Part shown: positions 58,024 to 64,000 of the stretch, piece by piece | How the letters are laid out: each line of letters starts with the position of its first letter | Position numbering within the stretch: position 1 is the stretch's first letter | Assembly: GCA_965552055.1 (NCBI GenBank) | Contig: CBEVQO010000002.1 | Coordinates: 320,001 to 384,000 of the forward strand | Length of the DNA stretch: 64,000 nt | Source of the DNA: an uncultured bacterium | GTDB taxonomy: Bacteria; Hydrothermota; UBA3073; NMUJ01; CBEVQO01 | Reading direction: 5' to 3' | Translations under genes and position numbers: made by a program | The notes under the pieces: generated by a model | Database searches by the model: none | Told to the model about the DNA's origin: nothing | What the model saw: the letters and a program-made list of their open reading frames with translations, nothing else

Positions 58024-59604
58024 TTAACTTTCGAGTATCTTCTCTGCCTCTTCTTTATCGGCTTCCATTATGTAAGCGATACCCGATATTTCTGCTGCTT
58101 CTTTTGTCAGAGCTGCTATGTCATCCCTTGTTATGTATTCCAATGAAAACTTGCGACTACCTGCCATTATTTGACGCAGACCCTGAGCTATCCTCTGCAT
58201 GTAAGTGTAAACTCCCAAAGCACCTGTAGGTATGCGCTCAAAATCTTTACCAAATCTTCTTCGCAGTTCAGGTGCAGTAACGAATATCTCATCAGGGGTA
58301 TTGCCAAACCTCTGAATGTAAACAGGCACCCTGCCTTCCTGGATACGCTTCCCTATGGTCTTTCCAACCATAGCAGCTGTAAGCGGAGCCCTCGCCATTC
58401 CTATAAGTTTGAAATACGGAGCGCCAAGAGCAAGTCCCTTAAATATCTGGTCTTCAAAAGCAAATCCTCCTGCTATCGCAATATCAGGGACATATTCGCC
58501 TTTCTTTGCAAGTTTATCAACATATTTATAGAGCAGAGACCACAGCTCTACACCTGGCACTCCCCATTCGTTCATCATCCTCCATGGGCTCATGCCTGTT
58601 CCTCCTCCGGCAGCATCCACAGTCAGAAGGTCAATCTTTGCGATTGATGAATATTTCACTGCTCTTGCCAGATCCTGGGGTCTGTAAGCTCCTGTTTTCA
58701 AAAACACATATTTTGCACCTGCTTTGCGTAACTCTTCTACTCTTTTGACAAAACTTTCCTCTTCAACCATAGCAACTCTCGAATGACGCTCAAACTCCCT
58801 GAAAATACCTCGCTCAAATGCTTTTATAACATCTGGGTTATAAGGGTCAGGCAGCACTATATATCCTCTGTCTTTTAGCATCTGTGCACGCTTTAAATCT
58901 TTTATCTTGACCTCACCACCAATATCCTTTGCACCCTGACCCCATTTCAATTCCACTGCTTCAACTCCGAGTTTTTCTATAACATACTCGTGCACACCCA
59001 ATTTCGTATCCTCTACATTTGCCTGAACGATAATTGCTCCATATCCATCCTGTTGCCACTCTTTATAAAGTTTAACTCGCATCTCCATATCTTTGGAATA
59101 AACCACTCTCCCGTTTTCTATTTTAGCTTCGGGGTCCATTCCGCATACATTTTCACCGATAGTAAGCGGTATGCCTGCGATTGCAGCACCAATAGCGAGA
59201 CCCTCCCAGTTGTTTTTTGCGACAGCGGTTGAACCCATCGCAGAGATAATGATGGGGAGCTTAACCTTTATTCCTTTATCGCGTCCAATCCTTCTCTCGA
59301 GATTTACATTTGGGAAGATAGCTTTATCGGGGTCGGGTTCTATTCCTTTTGCACCCACACATGTTCCGAGTATTGTGAAGTGAGATAAATCAACAGGATA
59401 TTCCTTTACACCTGCTGCAGTGATTATCCCGAAAGGCTGAGGATATATCGCTTCCGCACCCCTATAAGCAGATTTGCCTACCTCGCACATCCCTATACAG
59501 CCATCAACACAGGTAGCACATAGACCGCTTATCGGGACAACGGAGTCTTCGGTTCTATTTTTTGTTAAAGTAGCTGCTGATGCATTTAATCTCGAAAAAG
59601 ACAT
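58024..59604 (-). CDS. FMN-binding glutamate synthase family protein (stand-alone)
   Basis: N-terminal CxxCxxxCxxxC; ELKWGQGAKDIGGE, LKTG, GGGTGMSP. Confidence 0.85.
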   Translation of the reverse strand: MSFSRLNASAATLTKNRTEDSVVPISGLCATCVDGCIGMCEVGKSAYRGAEAIYPQPFGIITAAGVKEYPVDLSHFTILGTCVGAKGIEPDPDKAIFPNVNLERRIGRDKGIKVKLPIIISAMGSTAVAKNNWEGLAIGAAIAGIPLTIGENVCGMDPEAKIENGRVVYSKDMEMRVKLYKEWQQDGYGAIIVQANVEDTKLGVHEYVIEKLGVEAVELKWGQGAKDIGGEVKIKDLKRAQMLKDRGYIVLPDPYNPDVIKAFERGIFREFERHSRVAMVEEESFVKRVEELRKAGAKYVFLKTGAYRPQDLARAVKYSSIAKIDLLTVDAAGGGTGMSPWRMMNEWGVPGVELWSLLYKYVDKLAKKGEYVPDIAIAGGFAFEDQIFKGLALGAPYFKLIGMARAPLTAAMVGKTIGKRIQEGRVPVYIQRFGNTPDEIFVTAPELRRRFGKDFERIPTGALGVYTYMQRIAQGLRQIMAGSRKFSLEYITRDDIAALTKEAAEISGIAYIMEADKEEAEKILES

Positions 59605-59605
59605 C

Positions 59606-60310
59606 TTACCCTCCTTTTTTTCTAGGTTCTTCTCTTATACATGTTCCACATTCTCCTTTTAATCCCATGTAACATTGATAATCTTCATAATAATCAATAC
59701 ATGTTGGCTGTAATGCATTATAACATCTACCACATACAACAGAAGGAGGTTCCGGACCCTCGCATCTCAACTGGCATGCAGGACAAATATAAATACAGCC
59801 ACCACATCTTCTGCAAATTTCAGATGTCTTATCAAAAGGCGTTGTTATCTTTAATTTACCTCCGCGATTTACAAAACCAATAGCCTTCGCCATCATCTGC
59901 TCTTCACATATTCTTACACAAAGTCCACAATATACACAATCTTCCCAATCGGGTTTGAACCTTGTTCTCTCGACCCCATATTTTGCTGCAAGGTCTTGTA
60001 TTTTCTTCGATGTTGGACAACTTGCAAGCAGTAATTCGATTAGTACTTTTCTCGCCCGAATAACCCTTTTTGTAGCAGTCCTTACAACAAGCCCTTCCTC
60101 AACAGGATAAGTGCAGGCAGTTACTAGCTTTGTATTCTTACCTTCGCCTATCTCAACCACACATAATCTGCAACCACCCCATGCACTAAGCCCTTCGTGA
60201 TAACAGAAAGTAGGAATCTCTATCCCCAGAAATTTCGCTGCATCAAGTATTGTCCAGCCCTCAGGGGCTTCAAAATCTATACCATCAATCCTTATTCTCG
60301 GCATATCCAC
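59606..60310 (-). CDS. NuoG/HydA-N-terminal-like Fe-S protein
   Basis: IPTFC...CRLCVVE...TAC (2Fe-2S); two 4Fe-4S motifs; extra Cys-rich tail; no H-cluster or Mo/W domain. Confidence 0.85.
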   Translation of the reverse strand: MDMPRIRIDGIDFEAPEGWTILDAAKFLGIEIPTFCYHEGLSAWGGCRLCVVEIGEGKNTKLVTACTYPVEEGLVVRTATKRVIRARKVLIELLLASCPTSKKIQDLAAKYGVERTRFKPDWEDCVYCGLCVRICEEQMMAKAIGFVNRGGKLKITTPFDKTSEICRRCGGCIYICPACQLRCEGPEPPSVVCGRCYNALQPTCIDYYEDYQCYMGLKGECGTCIREEPRKKGG

Positions 60311-60313
60311 CTC

Positions 60314-62143
60314 CTAAGTTATGACAACCGCATCATATTTGCACACATCATAACACATTCCGCATTTAATACATTTATCCTGTATTATGGAGTGCGGTTG
60401 TTTAGCTTCCCCTACTATCGCTTCTTGTGGACATACCTTTTTACAGGCCGAACAACCAGTACACTTGTCAGGGTCTATTGTGTATTTAATAAGTGCCTTG
60501 CATACACCCGCGGGACATTTTTTATCCCTTATGTGCGCAAGATATTCATCCCTAAAATATCTAAGAGTCGAGAGGACAGGATTCGGTGCTGTCTGCCCCA
60601 GCCCACATAAAGATGTATCCTTTACAACATTAGCCAATTCCTCCAAGGTCTCTAAATCTTCTTCTTTACCTTTACCTTCTGTTATATCTGTAATTATCTC
60701 GAGCATCTTCTGGATACCTTTTCTACAGGGCAGACATTTACCACATGACTCATCTTGTAAGAAAGTCAGGAAGTATTTTGCTACATCAACCATACAGGTG
60801 CTCTCATCCATCACAATCATCCCACCCGAGCCCATTATTGAGCCAGCCTGTGTGAGCGATTCATAATCCACTGGTAAATCCAGGAGCTCACTCGGAATAC
60901 ACCCTCCTGATGGTCCACCTGTCTGAACAGCTTTAAATTTCTTTCCGCCGGGTATTCCTCCTCCAATGTCAAATATTATCTCCCTTAAAGTTATCCCCAT
61001 AGGAACTTCAATAAGACCCGTGTTTCTAACCTTCCCAACCAGAGCAAATATTTTAGTACCTTTGCTCGTTTTTGTACCTATTTTTGAGAACCACTCTGCT
61101 CCCTTATCTATTATCTTTGGCACATTTGCCCATGTTTCAACATTGTTTATAACAGTGGGCTTGCCAAACAAACCTTTCTCAACAGGATATGGAGGTCTTT
61201 GCCTAGGAGTGCCTCTCTTACCTTCAATGGATAGCATAAGTGCTGTCTCTTCGCCACAAACAAATGCTCCTGCTCCCCTTGCTATCTTTATGTCAAAACT
61301 AAATCCCGAACCTAAAATGTTCTCTCCAAGCAATCCAGCTTCCCGTGCTTGCTCAATCGCTATTGTTACATGCTCAACCGCAAGGGGATACTCGTTTCGA
61401 ACATAAATCCAGCCCTCATTCGCACCAATCGCATAAGCACCTATTATCATCCCCTCAATTACGGAATGTGGATTCCCTTCGAGCAAACTTCTATCCATAT
61501 AAGCACCAGGGTCTCCCTCATCCGCATTACAGATTATGTATTTGATATCGCTCTTTTGCTTTCGCGCCAACTCCCATTTCCTTCCTGTGGGAAAACCAGC
61601 ACCCCCTCTTCCACGCAGTCCCGAAGCTTTTATCGTCTCGATTATCTCTTCGGGTGACATCTTCAATGCCTTTGCAAGCGATAAATAGCCTCCGCGCGCA
61701 AGATAATCCTCTATCCTCGTTGGGTCTATGAATGGATTATCACCCAAAAGTATTCTCATCTGTTTCTTATAAAAAGGAATATCCTTTTGATAGACATAGC
61801 GCTCACCTGTTACCTCATCTTTATAAAGCAATCTGTCTATTATTTCGCCTTTTAGCACTGTCTTTTCAACAATCTCTTTCGCATCTTCAGGTTTAAGATG
61901 CTGATAGAAAATTCCTTCAGGGAAGATTATCACATTTGGTTCAGCTTGACAGAAACCGTGACATCCTGTTACCTTAATGTCAATCTTCCCTTTTGCCTCT
62001 TCTTTAAAAGCTTCCACAACCTTTGTTGAACCCCTTGCGCGCCCACAAGTCCCAGACGATATTGAAATAAATCTATCCTTAGATTCGGCTCTCAACTTTG
62101 AAACTAAGGCTTCAAGTTCTTTTGAACTTTCTATTCTATTCAT
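60314..62143 (-). CDS. NuoF/HydB-like NADH-binding FMN subunit
   Basis: N-terminal thioredoxin-like Fe-S; GRGGAGFPTG, NADEGDPG, CGEETAL, SCGKCLPCR; C-terminal 2x4Fe-4S. Confidence 0.92.
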   Translation of the reverse strand: MNRIESSKELEALVSKLRAESKDRFISISSGTCGRARGSTKVVEAFKEEAKGKIDIKVTGCHGFCQAEPNVIIFPEGIFYQHLKPEDAKEIVEKTVLKGEIIDRLLYKDEVTGERYVYQKDIPFYKKQMRILLGDNPFIDPTRIEDYLARGGYLSLAKALKMSPEEIIETIKASGLRGRGGAGFPTGRKWELARKQKSDIKYIICNADEGDPGAYMDRSLLEGNPHSVIEGMIIGAYAIGANEGWIYVRNEYPLAVEHVTIAIEQAREAGLLGENILGSGFSFDIKIARGAGAFVCGEETALMLSIEGKRGTPRQRPPYPVEKGLFGKPTVINNVETWANVPKIIDKGAEWFSKIGTKTSKGTKIFALVGKVRNTGLIEVPMGITLREIIFDIGGGIPGGKKFKAVQTGGPSGGCIPSELLDLPVDYESLTQAGSIMGSGGMIVMDESTCMVDVAKYFLTFLQDESCGKCLPCRKGIQKMLEIITDITEGKGKEEDLETLEELANVVKDTSLCGLGQTAPNPVLSTLRYFRDEYLAHIRDKKCPAGVCKALIKYTIDPDKCTGCSACKKVCPQEAIVGEAKQPHSIIQDKCIKCGMCYDVCKYDAVVIT

Positions 62144-62610
62144 CCTTCCTCCTTTTCTATTCTTTTTATTAGCGAAAGTGCTTTCTGGGGTGTCATCCCT
62201 CCGTAATACTCACCATCTATCACAACAATGGGTCCTATAGCACAGCACCCAAGGCAATTAACCGTCTCTAATGAGAATTTCATGTCTTTGGTTGTCTCTC
62301 CCGGTTTTATCCCCAGTTCCCTTGAAATAGCCTCTACAATTCTTTGACCACCCCTTACATGGCAAGCAGTTCCGAGGCAAACAGTTATCAGGTGCTTCCC
62401 CCTCGGTTTTAAACTAAAAGCTTTGTAAAAAGTAGCAACACCATAAACATCTATAAGCGGAATCTGTAACCTGTCAGCAACCTCTCTCAGCACTTCCTCC
62501 GGTAACCAGTTGAGCTGAGATTGAATATCCAGTAGCAAAGGTATAAGGGACTCTTTCTTCGCACCATGTTTGCGAATTAAAGAGACAATCTTTTCTTTAT
62601 CGATATTCAT
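62140..62610 (-). CDS. NuoE/HydC-like 2Fe-2S subunit
   Basis: VATFY, CLGTACHVRG, CLGCC. Confidence 0.92.
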   Translation of the reverse strand: MNIDKEKIVSLIRKHGAKKESLIPLLLDIQSQLNWLPEEVLREVADRLQIPLIDVYGVATFYKAFSLKPRGKHLITVCLGTACHVRGGQRIVEAISRELGIKPGETTKDMKFSLETVNCLGCCAIGPIVVIDGEYYGGMTPQKALSLIKRIEKEEG

Positions 62611-62692
62611 AATCCACCTCCATTTTAATTACTACCTTCACTTTAAATTTATAATCTTAATACCAGAATGTCAATAAAAATTTTCATTTTAT

Positions 62693-62958
62693 TGCGAGGC
62701 GTAGCCGAGCACATTACATATGGGTTGTGAGCCAACACCCCGAGCAAGGCACTTTGTAGTTTTAAAGCGTATGGCTGGTTTATTTGACTTATTACGGGAA
62801 AGGCGTTCATAGAGCTACAGCGGGTTTGATTTTTGTTCATCTGGTTGAGAGGGTGATATCGCGTTTATTAAGGGTAAGAGAGTAAAGAAGCCACATCGTA
62901 GTCAAGGCTGTGCCTTGCGAGGGGTGTGCACGAGGGCGGTGGGGATAGGGAGGCGGGG
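62693..62958. other. GC-rich intergenic structured element with inverted repeats
   Basis: Hairpin TGC-GA-GGC-GTA-GCC-GA-GCA (62693-62711); IR ACACCCCGAGCAAGGCAC (62735-62752)/GTGCCTTGCGAGGGGTGT (62910-62927). Confidence 0.55.
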
Positions 62959-64000
62959 CTAAAAATTGTATGGCATAATCTTATAAAACTGTCTTTTGCC
63001 AATCTTTATATAATATTCTTTGTCAAAAATTATCTCCATGTAAGGGTCTTTTATTTTTTCTCCATTTATCTTTACTGCTCCCTGCTGTATCAATCTGCGT
63101 GCCTCACTGTTTGATGGCACACCAAGTTCCCTTAAAAGCTTTATTATCCCCATCTTTTTATATTTCGGGACATATTCCGGGGCATCTTCCGGGAATTCTC
63201 TCTTTTTAAATACTTTATCAAATTCTTCCCTTGATTTTATGGCTTCTTCTTTTGAATAATACATTTCTACAACTTTTTGTGCCAAATCTGCTTTTATATC
63301 GCGTGGATTTTCTCCTTTTTTCAGTCTTTCTTCTATCTTTTTTATCTCATCTTCGTGTAAATCCGTTGTCAGTCGATAATAATCGAGTATTAAATCATCT
63401 GGAATTGACATTATTTTTCCGAAGATTTCTTTTGGTGGTTCAGTTATCCCTATGTAATTTTTGTATGATTTGCTCATTTTTAATTTACCATCTGTTCCGA
63501 TAAGTAATGGCATCAGCATTATAACCTGTGGCTCCTGTCCCATCTGTAGCTGTAAATGTCTTCCCATTACAAGGTTAAACTTCTGATCAGTTCCACCAAG
63601 CTCCACATCTGCTTCAACCATCACAGAATCGTATGCCTGTAAAATTGGATAAAGAAATTCATGAACGGCTATCGGTATCCCTTCTTTATACCTTTTTTCA
63701 AAATCGTCTCTCTCAAGTATGCGTGCCACTGTCATCTTTGATGCAATCGAAATAAATCTCTCCAAATCCATATTTTCAAACCACTCACTGTTATATCGAA
63801 TTTCAAGATTATCTTTTCTTAAAATTTTAAAAAGTTGTTCCTTATAGGTTTTCATATAGTTTTCTACTTCTTTTTTACTCAGTTGTGGGCGGGTTTTTGA
63901 CCTTCCTGATGGGTCACCCACTCTTGCTGTGAAGTCACCCACTATCAAAACCGCTGTATGTCCCAAATCCTGAAACTGCCGTAGCTTACGCAAAACCACT
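62959..64000 (-). CDS. tyrS: tyrosine--tRNA ligase (5' end outside window)
   Basis: GDFTARVGDPSG, YPILQAYD, GGTDQKFN, KMSKS, C-terminal S4 domain. Confidence 0.97.
   Translation of the reverse strand, partial: VVLRKLRQFQDLGHTAVLIVGDFTARVGDPSGRSKTRPQLSKKEVENYMKTYKEQLFKILRKDNLEIRYNSEWFENMDLERFISIASKMTVARILERDDFEKRYKEGIPIAVHEFLYPILQAYDSVMVEADVELGGTDQKFNLVMGRHLQLQMGQEPQVIMLMPLLIGTDGKLKMSKSYKNYIGITEPPKEIFGKIMSIPDDLILDYYRLTTDLHEDEIKKIEERLKKGENPRDIKADLAQKVVEMYYSKEEAIKSREEFDKVFKKREFPEDAPEYVPKYKKMGIIKLLRELGVPSNSEARRLIQQGAVKINGEKIKDPYMEIIFDKEYYIKIGKRQFYKIMPYNF

Noticed and set aside
59606..62610. Respiratory complex I or FeFe hydrogenase
   Set aside because: No membrane nuo genes are adjacent, and the third subunit has no H-cluster motifs.
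62735..62927. Retron msr-msd, tRNA or T-box
   Set aside because: No reverse transcriptase nearby, no cloverleaf, and the element is downstream rather than upstream of tyrS.

Overview
AT-rich bacterial chromosomal window from a probable anaerobe: group 3c NiFe hydrogenase, NfnAB, IorAB, a HydBC/NuoEF-like module and a T9SS-sorted protein. A WOR-3/FCB-like lineage is an inference. Housekeeping blocks are rplT-zapB?-zapA-rny-ymdB, proS-nusA-infB, rrf2-iscS-nadA-iscU, ku-ligD and tyrS. The standout region is an ~18 kb minus-strand accessory locus (17876-36030). It has an ECF-like sigma factor, a candidate anti-sigma factor and a TPR-CHAT (caspase-like) protease, followed by a long gene string that starts at an ECF-type promoter (TGTCAC-N16-CGTATA). 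That string encodes three near-identical copies of an 80-aa protein, an M48 peptidase, YkvA, several micro-proteins, four tandem dynamin-like GTPases, a membrane-anchored Ig-repeat protein, an SH3 lipoprotein, a PIN nuclease, and YaaW-like and DUF445 proteins. This is a candidate protease-triggered, sigma-controlled membrane-remodelling/defence system. Other oddities: housekeeping promoters with a recurrent 15-bp spacer (TTGACA-N15-TAnnnT), often leaderless; an 83-nt hairpin at the 6S RNA position; three tandem PD-(D/E)XK-like paralogues with variable coiled coils; a motif-degenerate SbcCD-like pair; and a GC-rich structured element after tyrS. No CRISPR array, tRNA, rRNA, integrase or transposase was recognised. 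All family calls are by motif recognition, without database searches.
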